Positions 21,025 through 32,863 of a DNA stretch of 64,000 bases are shown piece after piece. Location of the stretch: positions 417,081-481,080 of the forward strand of contig CAVPRW010000031.1 of the NCBI GenBank assembly GCA_963707985.1. Reading direction: 5' to 3'. The notes below the pieces were generated by a model. It was not told where the DNA came from. It did no database searches and saw only the letters and a list, made by a program, of their open reading frames with translations. Within the stretch, counting starts at the first letter, position 1; every line of letters starts with the position of its first letter. The stretch is from an uncultured Nitrospinota bacterium. GTDB lineage: Bacteria > Tectomicrobia > Entotheonellia > J063 > CAVPRW01. A program made the position numbers and the translations under genes.

Positions 21025-22521
21025 TTACTTCGTCATCTTCAGCGCCACATAAAGGACATTGCCGGCACGTCGCACGAGGAGCAGCAGCGAATCGGCACTA
21101 CCAACTCGTCCGAGCGCAGCTTGGTAATCACGTAGGTTGTCGACCTTCTTCTGGTTGACCTCAACGATTACATCACCCCGTCGGAGGCCTGCCTCATCGG
21201 CCGGGGTCCCCTCTTCCACATTCGTCACCACCAGGCCTTTCGCTTCATTGACCCGAAGGCTGCGAGCAATCTCCGGGGTGAGCTCCTGAACCGTCAGGCC
21301 CAAGCTCTCTTCGAGAGTGCCACCGCTGGACGCGACGCGCTCTTCCTTGTCTTTGAGCTCGGCGACCTTCACTTGCATGACCTTCTCCTGCCCCTTGCGC
21401 AGGATCTTCACGGGAACATCCGTATTCGGCGGGGTAGCCGCTACCGCACGTGGCAGGTCATTCATTTCTTCAATCTTGCGTCCGTTGAACTCAACAATGA
21501 TGTCACCGCGCTCGATTCCCGCCTTCTCCGCCGGAGTATCCGCCATCACATCGGCTACCAAGGCTCCCCGCTCACGCTCGAGGCCGAACGATTTCGCCAG
21601 ATCAGCGGTAATGCCTTGCACCTGCACGCCAAGCCAGCCACGTACCACCCGACCCTTTTCGCGCAGCGGGACGAGCAGATCCTTCGCGACGTTGATGGGG
21701 ATGGCAAAGCCGATGCCCTGACCGCTGGCGATAATGGCGGTATTGATGCCGACCACTTCGCCGTTCATGTTGAACAATGGCCCACCGCTGTTCCCAGGGT
21801 TAATCGAAGCGTCGGTCTGAATAAAATCATCATAGGGACCCGCGCCGATGATCCGCCCCTTGGCGCTGACAATCCCCGTCGTCACGGTGTGTCCCAGGCC
21901 AAAGGGATTACCGATGGCCATCACCCACTCGCCCACGCGCAGCTTGCTTGAATCACCCAGCGGTACTGCCGGGAGGTCCTTTTTCGCATCGATTTTGATC
22001 AGCGCCACATCGGTCTTCGGATCACGGCCAATAACCTTCGCTGCATATTCCTCTTTGTCCGATAGGGACACCTTGATGTCAGCGGCGTTCTCCACGACAT
22101 GGTTATTGGTCACAATGTACCCTTCACGATTGATGATGAACCCGGAGCCCAGGCTACGCCCACGGAACTCGCGCTGCGGATTCTCACCACGGGGATTCTC
22201 GCCACCGAAAAAGCGATCGAAAAACTCCTCGAATGGATCGCGTTCCCCAAAAGGACTCGGGAAGGGCAGGCGTGGCGTCGAGCGCCGTTGTCCCTTCACC
22301 ACCTGCGTGGTACTCATGTTGACCACCGAAGGCTTGAGGTGCTCAGCCATATCCGCAAAATTGGGCACTTGGACGAGAGGGATTGCGGTGGGGGACGTTT
22401 CCGTCCAGAATGGTGTATCCCGTGCTCCCGAGGACTGGCTAACTATCACCCCGACACCGATGCCAAGGCCGAGCACGCAGAGCATGACCGTCAGAGAGCG
22501 CACGTAAACCAACCGACGCAT
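21025..22521 (-). CDS. DegP/DegQ (HtrA) serine protease with two PDZ domains
   Basis: TNNHV, DVAL, INPGNSGGPL, RGWLGV; GGAGG RBS before ATG 22521. Confidence 0.95.
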   Translation of the reverse strand: MRRLVYVRSLTVMLCVLGLGIGVGVIVSQSSGARDTPFWTETSPTAIPLVQVPNFADMAEHLKPSVVNMSTTQVVKGQRRSTPRLPFPSPFGERDPFEEFFDRFFGGENPRGENPQREFRGRSLGSGFIINREGYIVTNNHVVENAADIKVSLSDKEEYAAKVIGRDPKTDVALIKIDAKKDLPAVPLGDSSKLRVGEWVMAIGNPFGLGHTVTTGIVSAKGRIIGAGPYDDFIQTDASINPGNSGGPLFNMNGEVVGINTAIIASGQGIGFAIPINVAKDLLVPLREKGRVVRGWLGVQVQGITADLAKSFGLERERGALVADVMADTPAEKAGIERGDIIVEFNGRKIEEMNDLPRAVAATPPNTDVPVKILRKGQEKVMQVKVAELKDKEERVASSGGTLEESLGLTVQELTPEIARSLRVNEAKGLVVTNVEEGTPADEAGLRRGDVIVEVNQKKVDNLRDYQAALGRVGSADSLLLLVRRAGNVLYVALKMTK

Positions 22522-22722
22522 GGTTACCTCCTTATTATGCTTTTCATGAGTAACTTCATGATTCGTCACTTCATATCATACGGGTCGAAGCGCCAGGCTC
22601 TTGTTGCCCTTCAGCCCTGGAAGACTGCTTGATGCCTTGCTATGCCCAGCGCCGTACAGACCGCTCTCCGCTTCGTCGCGTGGTTCTTAGACGCAGGTGC
22701 CAGGGCGAAGGTTCCACCGCAT

Positions 22723-24747
<2,025 letters not shown>

Positions 24748-25060
24748 TTATCGACGCAGGCACCGCTGCTGCTCCCCTGCCAACCAGCATACCGGCCATC
24801 ATTTCGGGCAGGCGCGGCATGATGCCAGCGATCTTCAGCCACGCGAGATGACCACGCCTCAGCGCATCGCTGTTCTGTATGCGATGGGTATCAGGTGTGT
24901 CGTTGACTGGATTATAACATACCAGGTTGCTCCGCTCATCCCATCTGCCGTTGACACGCACCAGTGTCACCATGCAGGCAGGCGTGGCCATGCCACAGCC
25001 ATCAGTGCGAAGACTCGACAAAAGGGTCCGGTCACCCCAGGCTGACCGGTAGTACTCACC

Positions 25061-25091
25061 TTGACAATGCCGTTCGAGAGGTGTATAGCAT
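25061..25091 (+). promoter_or_regulatory. Probable sigma70 promoter
   Basis: TTGACA at 25061; TGTATAGCAT around 25082-25091. Confidence 0.45.
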
Positions 25092-25188
25092 GCGACCGAC
25101 AAGCGGCGATGTCGGTACCCGAGGGCGTGTCGCGGATTCGTGTGATCCGTCAGCGAATCTGGGTGACCCCGAGTAGAGGAGCATCACA

Positions 25189-25838
25189 GTGACGACACTG
25201 ACCACCATAATGACGCTCATCGTCGTCCTCGGATTGGCGCTCGAAGCCGTCAACGGTAATGGCGGAGGGCAGGGCCTGGCCCATGCTCTGGAGGTGCTCA
25301 AGACAGGGAACCGGGGCGGAAAAACTGAAGGCGCTGGAGTTGTTGGCCAAGTTGGGTGGACATGCAGGTCATGCCTGCGTTGGTGCAGGCGCTGCGCGAT
25401 GACGATGGACGTGTGCGGGTGGCGGCCCAGGAGGTCATGTGGACGGTCTGGTTGCAGTCGGGCAACGAGCAGATCGACACCTGGATGGCCGAGGGTATTC
25501 GCCTCATGGAAGCGGAGCAGTATCCCGAGGCTGTCGAGGTCTTCGATCAAATCATCGCTCGTGCTCCCACGTTCGCCGAAGGGTATAATAAACGCGCCAC
25601 TGTCTACTATTTGATGCTGGAGTTCGAGAAATCGATCGCCGACATTCACCGCACCCTGGAGCTGAATCCGGTGCACTTCGGCGCCCTCAGCGGCATGGGG
25701 CTATGCTATCTTGGTCTGGTCGAACCCCGCCAAGCCCTGGAATGGTTCGAGCGCGCCGTCGCTGTAAATCCAAATATGGACACCATTCAGTCATACATCC
25801 AGCAGATCCGAGAGTTTTTGCGGAATCAAGCGTTATAG
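25189..25838 (+). CDS. HEAT + TPR repeat protein (one frameshift near 25315)
   Basis: Signal-like N-terminus in one frame; ALVQALRDDD..VR..A and AEGYNKRAT...HFGALSGMG in the other. Confidence 0.8.
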
Positions 25839-25911
25839 AATCAAGTCCTCACGCCGGTCCCCTCCTGGTGGGTACTCGTGTGACGGATGCAACAGACAGA
25901 GTGGAGTCGCG

Positions 25912-26184
25912 ATGGCTTGTCTGTTATGCACGTTAGATGAGCGCACTCAGTGGTATACCGAGACGCCACAATGGGTCATCCTCCAATGCGACACCTGCGG
26001 AGTCCCGATGGCCGTATGGCGCGAGCACACCGAGGCCATCCCGGAGGCAGAGAAAGCTGCGATGCTTGCCGAGCTGGCACGTGTGGCCGACATCGAGCTC
26101 GGGGCCGGGCGCTGGTGGCTCGACAGCGTCCGTCGCATGATCCCCGAACACCCGCATTGGCATGCCCGCGGGCACTGGTGGTAA
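25912..26184 (+). CDS. Small HIT-like, putatively metal-binding protein
   Basis: GGAG RBS; CLLC, CDTC, HPHWH. Confidence 0.7.
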   Translation: MACLLCTLDERTQWYTETPQWVILQCDTCGVPMAVWREHTEAIPEAEKAAMLAELARVADIELGAGRWWLDSVRRMIPEHPHWHARGHWW

Positions 26185-26312
26185 ACCCCAGCGCCACGCC
26201 CCTTGAACTATGACCCCGCAGACATCGATCGTCCGGTTCCGTCAAGAACTGCGAATGCAGCATAAGTCGGCGCTCGCGGCCGCCGTCCGGCATGTAGGTG
26301 GGGTACGACTTG

Positions 26313-27815
26313 ATGGGTAGCCTTGATGTAACCGCGGTGTCTGGGCCCGATGAGCCGGTGAGCCTCACAGGGAATCCGCTTATTCTCCTCACTGGGGCAA
26401 CTGGCTATATCGGCGGGCGCTTGCTCAAGGCGTTGGAACAGGCGGGGCAGCGGGTGCGCTGTCTGGCGCGTCGCCCGGAATTTCTCAGCGGGCGTGTGGC
26501 GGGATCTACCGAGATCGTCGCCGGCGACGTGCTGGATCGACACACGCTGCCGGCAGCCATGGCTGGTGTCCGGGTAGCCTATTACCTGATCCACGCCATG
26601 GACTCTCCTAGAGCTTTTGAGGAGGAGGATCGCCGGGCCGCACACCATTTCGGCGAGGTTGCGTTTGAGGCTGGCATACAACGTATTATCTATCTTGGAG
26701 GGCTCGGGGACCGTCGTCACGCGCTCTCTTCCCATCTCCAGAGTCGCCAGGAGGTCGGGGAGATTTTGCGCAGTTGTGGCGTGCAGATCATCGAATTCCG
26801 GGCCTCTATCATCATCGGTTCGGGCAGTCTATCCTTCGAGATGATCCGGGCGCTGGTCGAACGCCTACCGATCATGATCACGCCACGCTGGGTGTCGGTC
26901 CCGGCACAGCCGATAGCCATCACCGATGTGGTCGAGTATCTGCTTGAGGGCCTCAGCCTCGCAGTTGAGGGCAATCCCATCATCGAAATCGGCGGAGCCG
27001 ATCAGGTGTCTTACCGGGAGATCATGCGTGAATACGCGCGCCAGCGCGGTCTGCGGCGTCTGATGCTGACAGTGCCAGTGCTGACGCCGCGACTCTCCAG
27101 TTTATGGCTGGGATTGGTGACGCCGTTGTATGCCCGGGTCGGCCGGCGCTTGATCGACAGCATTCGCCATCCAACGGTGGTGAGCGATGCATCGGCGCGG
27201 CGGCTGTTTCGCATCCGGCCGCAAGGGGTGCAGGAGGCCATCGCCATGGCGCTGCGCCATGAAGACCAAGAACTGGCCCAAACGCGCTGGTCCGATGCAT
27301 TATCGGCAGCAGGGCCTCGGCAGGACTGGGGTGGTGTACGCTTCGGCAGCCGCCTGGTGGATTCTCGGGTGGCCCGGGTTCTCGTTGCCCCAGCCTTAGC
27401 ATTTGCACCCATTCGACGTATTGGGGGCCGGACCGGATGGTACTACGGCCATGGGTGGTGGCGGTTGCGGGGCTTTCTTGATTTACTCATGGGGGGTGTG
27501 GGCATGCGCCGGGGGCGCCGAGACCCCGAGAGGCTGAGCGTCGGGGACACGGTGGATTGGTGGAGAGTAGAAACCTTCATCCCGGATCGTCAATTGCGCC
27601 TCGTCGCCGAGATGAAGCTCCCTGGACGCGCCTGGTTAGCCTTTGAGGTTGAAGGAGATACCTCGGGCTCAACGATCCGTCAGACAGCCATTTTTGAGCC
27701 GGCCGGCCTTACGGGGCTTATATACTGGTATGCCCTGTATCCATTGCATCAGTTCGTGTTCGCCGGCATGTTGCGTGGCATTGTGAAGGTTGCTGGGAGC
27801 GATCTGGGCAGGTGA
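26313..27815 (+). CDS. NAD(P)-binding SDR with DUF2867-like C-terminus (YbjT-like)
   Basis: TGATGYIG, YYLIH, GSLSFE, GGRTGWYY, AEMKLPGRAWL. Confidence 0.9.
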   Translation: MGSLDVTAVSGPDEPVSLTGNPLILLTGATGYIGGRLLKALEQAGQRVRCLARRPEFLSGRVAGSTEIVAGDVLDRHTLPAAMAGVRVAYYLIHAMDSPRAFEEEDRRAAHHFGEVAFEAGIQRIIYLGGLGDRRHALSSHLQSRQEVGEILRSCGVQIIEFRASIIIGSGSLSFEMIRALVERLPIMITPRWVSVPAQPIAITDVVEYLLEGLSLAVEGNPIIEIGGADQVSYREIMREYARQRGLRRLMLTVPVLTPRLSSLWLGLVTPLYARVGRRLIDSIRHPTVVSDASARRLFRIRPQGVQEAIAMALRHEDQELAQTRWSDALSAAGPRQDWGGVRFGSRLVDSRVARVLVAPALAFAPIRRIGGRTGWYYGHGWWRLRGFLDLLMGGVGMRRGRRDPERLSVGDTVDWWRVETFIPDRQLRLVAEMKLPGRAWLAFEVEGDTSGSTIRQTAIFEPAGLTGLIYWYALYPLHQFVFAGMLRGIVKVAGSDLGR

Positions 27816-27829
27816 TCTGGCAGAGGACC

Positions 27830-28792
27830 TCACGATCTCTGGGGCCGATTGGGTTGGCCCACACGCAGGACATCCAGGTGCTTGCGCAAATCGGCTAGCT
27901 CTTTGATCACCAGCGCATCGATCTTCTCCAGCACATCGCGGTAGGCGTCATACGCTTGCCCCCCCACCAGGATGACGACGCCATCGGGGAGGCCCCGCCG
28001 TAACTTGATGAGCTCGCCCCTCAGGAATGGGTCATCCGGTGGATAGACCAGGCTCAGTGCCACCGCACGCGCGCGGCTCTGGTGTACCGCGGCGGCGATT
28101 TCCTCGGCCGGAAGACTGGGCCCGAGATAGGTGACATGCCAGCCGTTCGAGGCCGCGATCGTCGCCACGATCAGCGCCCCGAGCTCGTGCAACTGCCCGG
28201 TAGGGGTGGCCACCACCAGCATCGGGTCGGATGAGCTCGGGCCAAACCCTCGACTCAGATTCCCCAATGCGGTGCGGACCACGGCCGAAGCCAGGTGTTC
28301 GTGCGCCACGCGCAGCGTCCCCTCATGCCAGCGATCCCCGATACGGTACATCAATGGCACTATCACCTGCTCGATCAAGACCGGCTGGCTCAGCATTACG
28401 GCCGCTTGGGTCAAAAGTTCTTCAAGTACCGTCGCATCCAGGCGCTCGACGGCCTTCAACGTCGTGTCAAGGATTCGCCGTGGGGACGAATCAACTGGTC
28501 GAGAGCTAGTGGTTCTTGGCCGGATTGAGGCGCTCAGGTCATCAGCCATAGCCAATGCCCGCAAGCGCTCGTTCGGCAGTTGGGCGATTTGTCCGATGCT
28601 ATGGCCCGCGAGGATGGCACGATGTAACAGCTGTAAGCGCTCAACGTCACTGTCTGAGTATAGGCGTCGATTGGTTGGAGTGCGCATCGGCGACACCGCC
28701 CCATAGCGCTTCTCCCAGACGCGAATGACGTGCGAAGTTAAACCAGTCCGACGGGCCACCACTCGGATGGGATGTCCTTGTTCGTGATTCAT
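27830..28792 (-). CDS. MerR-family cobalamin-binding regulator (CarH/LitR-like)
   Basis: MerR HTH (IRVWEKRYG...RRLYS), W-x9-EH motif (WHEGTLRVAHEH), QLHELG, YLGPSLP; start set at 28792 from promoter position. Confidence 0.92.
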   Translation of the reverse strand: MNHEQGHPIRVVARRTGLTSHVIRVWEKRYGAVSPMRTPTNRRLYSDSDVERLQLLHRAILAGHSIGQIAQLPNERLRALAMADDLSASIRPRTTSSRPVDSSPRRILDTTLKAVERLDATVLEELLTQAAVMLSQPVLIEQVIVPLMYRIGDRWHEGTLRVAHEHLASAVVRTALGNLSRGFGPSSSDPMLVVATPTGQLHELGALIVATIAASNGWHVTYLGPSLPAEEIAAAVHQSRARAVALSLVYPPDDPFLRGELIKLRRGLPDGVVILVGGQAYDAYRDVLEKIDALVIKELADLRKHLDVLRVGQPNRPQRS

Positions 28793-28798
28793 GGCCAT

Positions 28799-28838
28799 AT
28801 CATAGCCTCATGTCTAATATTTGTCAAAATTTAATCTA
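28799..28838 (-). promoter_or_regulatory. Promoter and operator of the carH-like gene
   Basis: Minus strand: TAGATT / TTGACA / TAGACA at 11-bp spacing; TTGACA-17nt-TATGAT. Confidence 0.85.
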
Positions 28839-28917
28839 CCCTCGATCTCTCCGCTACTCTGCCGATTCCCCAACCGTTGCAACAGGTATCACGCTATCCA
28901 GCGGTAGGTGCAAATAT

Positions 28918-28957
28918 TAGATATTATATTGACAACTTATAGACAATACTCTATGCT
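28918..28957 (+). promoter_or_regulatory. Promoter and operator of the divergent target operon
   Basis: TAGATA 28918 / TTGACA 28929 / TAGACA 28940 (11-bp period); TTGACA-17nt-TATGCT 28952. Confidence 0.85.
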
Positions 28958-29029
28958 CATCTCCAGCGTGTTGACTGCGGTGACCGTCTAACTCGCGCCG
29001 TATGAGCAGCCACTTTCACGCGAGTCGGG

Positions 29030-29250
29030 CCAAGGCCATGGCGCCGGCGCTCACCGACATCGCGGCAGAGGCCGTGGGGCGACTCCAGGCCGTACAGGTC
29101 GAGGTGCGTGTCTACCCGCATATAGCAGAGCGCTTCAATGTGCGGGTTATTCCCACGCTTCGGTTTCCCCAGCTGGACGGAGCGCTGCGCCATGTGCTCG
29201 GCTCATACCCGTTGCCTAAATCTCGCTGTCTCTGCCACCAAAACTTTTAG
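29030..29250 (+). pseudogene. Degenerate thioredoxin relic
   Basis: KAMAPALTDIAAEAVGRL...IAERFNVRVIPTL resembles the C-terminal half of Trx; no WCxxC. Confidence 0.55.
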
Positions 29251-29322
29251 TTGACATGAGATCTCTCGATGTCGCAATGCTGTCAGCATGATGGCGGCGA
29301 ACAGATCACGGGAGGCGTTTCC

Positions 29323-30220
29323 ATGAATATCCTGGTGACGGGCGCAAGCGGCCTTATCGGCACAGCGTTGGTTTCCTCTCTCACATCTAGCGGCCACGAG
29401 GTGACACGCCTGGTGCGCGGGCAGCCGACATCCGGGGGGAAGGCCGCTCAATGGGACCCGGTGGCGGGAAGTATCGATGCCGAGTGCCCTTGAGGGTGTC
29501 GATGCAGTCGTGCACCTGGCGGGGGAGAATATCGCCGAGCGCTGGACAGCTGCCAAGAAAGCTCGAATCCGTGACAGTCGAGTCAAGGGCACTCAGCTCC
29601 TCTGTGAGACGCTCACGCGTCTGTCCTCCCCCCCGAAGGTTTTGGTGTCTGCCTCGGCCATCGGCTATTATGGCGACCGTGGGGAGGAGACACTCACGGA
29701 CGACAGTCCTCCGGGGCGGGGCTTTCTGCCCGAGGTCTGCCGTGCCTGGGAGGCCGCGACAGAGCCGGCCAGACAACAAGGGCTACGCGTCGTCCAACTG
29801 CGCTTGGGGGTGGTGCTCAGTGTGGCAGGAGGGGCATTGGCAAAGATGCTGCCACCGTTTCGCCTGGGGTTAGGAGGTGTGCTTGGCAGCGGACGGCAAT
29901 ATATGAGTTGGATCGCCCTTGACGACGTCGTGGGCACCCTTCAACATGCGGTCGTTACCGATGCCTTGCAAGGCCCGACGAACGCGGTGGCCCCACGCGC
30001 CGTCACCAATCAGGAATTTACCAAAACACTGGGGAAAGTCCTCGGGCGCCCCACGGCCATGCCGCTGCCAGCCTTCGCCGCGCGGCTCATGTTCGGGGAG
30101 ATGGCCGATGAGCTGTTGCTGGCGAGCGCCCGCGTACAACCCACCAAACTCCTGGCCTCAGGGTACCAGTTCCGTTACCCTGAGCTGGCAGAAGCCTTAC
30201 GGCATTTGCTCGCAAGATGA
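29323..30220 (+). CDS. TIGR01777-family NAD-dependent epimerase/oxidoreductase (frameshift near 29480)
   Basis: MNILVTGASGLIG, then VVHLAGENI, SASAIGYYG, GSGRQYMSWI in the next frame. Confidence 0.9.
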
Positions 30221-30241
30221 TCCGGAAAGGAGTGATCAATC

Positions 30242-31453
30242 ATGAACGCACAGCGATACGATGTGGTCATCATCGGTGGAGGCATCATCGGCCTGGCCAC
30301 AGCGATGGCGCTGAAGACAGGCTCGAACATGACGCTCGCCGTGCTCGAAGCGGAGGACCGCCTGGCCCAGCACCAGACCGGGCATAACAGCGGGGTGATT
30401 CATTCGGGGTTATATTACCGGCCCGGCTCGCTCAAGGCTCGCAACTGCGTGGTGGGACGCAGGGCCATGTACGAGTTCTGCCAGGAGCATGGCATCGCTC
30501 ATGAGCGCTGCGGCAAACTTGTCGTGGCCACAGACGCCAGCGAGTTGCCGGCACTGGGTGAACTCGAACGACGCGGCCAGGCGAATGGTTTGGAAGGCAT
30601 CCGTCGCCTGGGACCCGAGGAGATCCACGAGTATGAGCCACACACCGTCGGCATCGCCGGGCTGTTGGTCCCTGAGACCGGCATCATCGACTACAAGCAG
30701 GTGTCTCAGGTCTATGCCGACATCATTCGTAAGGAAGGCGGAGAGATTCAGACCAAAGCCCAGGTTCACGGCTGTCGGCGGTACCCCGATGAACTGGTCC
30801 TGGAGACCAGCCGTGGGGCGGTCCACTGTCGCTACCTGGTGAATTGTGGCGGCCTCCATGCCGACGATGTGGCGCGCCTCTGCGGGGTCGACCCGCAACT
30901 GCAAATCGTGCCCTTCCGGGGTGAGTACTACGAGCTCGTGCCCGAGCGGCAATTCCTGGTGAAAAATTTGATCTATCCCGTCCCTGATCCACGTTTCCCA
31001 TTTCTTGGGGTGCATTTCACCCGCATGATCCATGGTGGGGTGGAGGCCGGTCCTAACGCCGTGCTGGCCTTCAAACGCGAGGGCTACAGCTGGGAAGATT
31101 TCTCCCCCAAAGATATCTTGAAAATGGTCACCTATCCTGGCTTCTGGAAAATGGCCTCGAAGTTCTGGAAGACCGGCCTGGGAGAGATGTATCGCTCGCT
31201 CAGTCGCGAAGCGTTCGTGAAAGCCCTGCAAAAGCTCATACCAGAGCTGCGCAAGCAGGATGTGCGCCCGGCGGGGTCGGGAGTACGCGCCCAGGCCGTG
31301 GCGCCGGATGGGGCGCTCGTGGACGATTTTCGCATTGTCGAGACCGAGCGTATGGTGCACGTGCTCAATGCTCCATCGCCAGGGGCCACGGCCTCGATCA
31401 GCATCGGCAAGAGCATCGCCGAGATGGCCGCCAAGAGCTTCGCGCTGTCGTAA
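30242..31453 (+). CDS. lhgO: L-2-hydroxyglutarate oxidase
   Basis: GGGIIG, HQTGHNSGVIHSGLYY, PFRGEYY, FPFLGVHFT, NAPSPGAT. Confidence 0.92.
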   Translation: MNAQRYDVVIIGGGIIGLATAMALKTGSNMTLAVLEAEDRLAQHQTGHNSGVIHSGLYYRPGSLKARNCVVGRRAMYEFCQEHGIAHERCGKLVVATDASELPALGELERRGQANGLEGIRRLGPEEIHEYEPHTVGIAGLLVPETGIIDYKQVSQVYADIIRKEGGEIQTKAQVHGCRRYPDELVLETSRGAVHCRYLVNCGGLHADDVARLCGVDPQLQIVPFRGEYYELVPERQFLVKNLIYPVPDPRFPFLGVHFTRMIHGGVEAGPNAVLAFKREGYSWEDFSPKDILKMVTYPGFWKMASKFWKTGLGEMYRSLSREAFVKALQKLIPELRKQDVRPAGSGVRAQAVAPDGALVDDFRIVETERMVHVLNAPSPGATASISIGKSIAEMAAKSFALS

Positions 31454-31507
31454 GCTGGCCATTGCCTCTCAACCATGGAGCGAGGCGGTATGAGGAGGAA
31501 TGCGACG

Positions 31508-32461
31508 ATGGTTACCCCAGTGCGCCTGGGCATTTCGGCCTGCCTGCTGGGACAGAAGGTGCGTTATGATGGTGGGCACAAGCGCGACGCGTTTCTGGTC
31601 GAGGTCTTCGGCCGCTATGTCGAATGGGTGCCGGTATGTCCCGAGGTCGAAATGGGACTTGGGGTGCCGCGGGACACCTTGCGGCTCGAGCGACAGGGCG
31701 ATGATACCCGGTTGATCATGCCCAAAACCGGTGCCGATTACACCGAGCGCATGCGCACCTTTGCTGCCCAACGCTTGCAAGCTCTCGCCAGGGAACGCCT
31801 CTGCGGCTATATTCTCAAGAAGGATTCCCCCAGCTGTGGGCTGGAGCGGGTGCGGCTATATCCGCACGACGGTATGCCGCACAAGTCGGGGCAAGGGTTA
31901 TTCGCGGCGGCGCTGACGCAGTATTTTCCCCATTTGCCGGTCGAAGAAGAGGGGAGACTGAACGATCCACGCTTGCGTGAGAACTTTGTGACGCGCGTCT
32001 TTGCCTATCAGCGCTGGCGGCAGCTGACCGAGCAGACGATCAGCCGCGCCGCGCTGCTGCAGTTTCATGCGCAGCACAAGTTTGTCCTGGTGGCGCACAG
32101 CCAGGTCGGCACCCAGCGCCTCGGCCGCCTGCTGGCCCACCCTGAGCAAATTGCCGATGATCAAGCCCTGGCGACGGCCTATCTCGACGCATTTACCGAA
32201 GTGATGCACCGCACCCCAACCTGCCGTAGTCACACCAATGTGCTGCAGCATCTCGCCGGTTATGTGTCCGATCATCTCGACAGCGGTGAACGCGGCGAGC
32301 TAACCGACATGATCGATCAGTATCGACTTGGGCTGCTGCCCCTCATCGTGCCCGTGACGTTGCTCCGCCATTACGTCCGCAAGTTTCAGATCCCCTATTT
32401 GCTGGACCAGGTCTACCTGACACCCCATCCGCACGAGTTGATGCTACTGAACCAACTGTGA
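31508..32461 (+). CDS. DUF523 + DUF1722 protein (YbgA family; 2-thiouracil desulfurase-like domain)
   Basis: GISACLLG..VRYDGGH, VCPEVE.GLGVPR, SPSCG, EEEGRL, NVLQH. Confidence 0.92.
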   Translation: MVTPVRLGISACLLGQKVRYDGGHKRDAFLVEVFGRYVEWVPVCPEVEMGLGVPRDTLRLERQGDDTRLIMPKTGADYTERMRTFAAQRLQALARERLCGYILKKDSPSCGLERVRLYPHDGMPHKSGQGLFAAALTQYFPHLPVEEEGRLNDPRLRENFVTRVFAYQRWRQLTEQTISRAALLQFHAQHKFVLVAHSQVGTQRLGRLLAHPEQIADDQALATAYLDAFTEVMHRTPTCRSHTNVLQHLAGYVSDHLDSGERGELTDMIDQYRLGLLPLIVPVTLLRHYVRKFQIPYLLDQVYLTPHPHELMLLNQL

Positions 32462-32514
32462 CGCGCGCTTGAACCGTTGAGGTCGGGGCAGACGAGAAAA
32501 CAATCCACACCAGT

Positions 32515-32584
32515 TTGCCAGAGCTGGAGGGCTCGTTCAGCAAGTTCCCAATCCGCTAGATTATCCTCTCTGGTAAAATCCTCG
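32515..32584 (-). repeat. 70-bp diverged copy of part of the antitoxin-like gene (48787-48856)
   Basis: 65/70 identical by direct comparison. Confidence 0.85.
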
Positions 32585-32863
32585 TGCCCACTTTGCCCTG
32601 GAAGTGGAGAATAGGGACGAGGTCAAGCACCCGCACGAAGTGCCGTGCGATTCAATGTGTTGGGAGGCTCTCAGTCCCAGAGCCGTGCAGAAGGCAACGG
32701 TTTGCTGTCGTGTTGACCCCCGATGACTTGCAGCCTATAATGGGCCATACCACTAGAGCGGCGAGACCGTCCGGCAAGGGCCAGCGTGAGCCGCATCGCC
32801 TGTGGCCGAGTGTTGTCGAGACAAGGAATCCCCTATCCCTGCCAACGATCAGGAGGTGCAGTC

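Noticed and set aside
28840..29320. Cobalamin riboswitch near the B12-binding regulator
   Set aside because: No B12-box or other consensus seen; the operators, promoters and thioredoxin relic explain the region.
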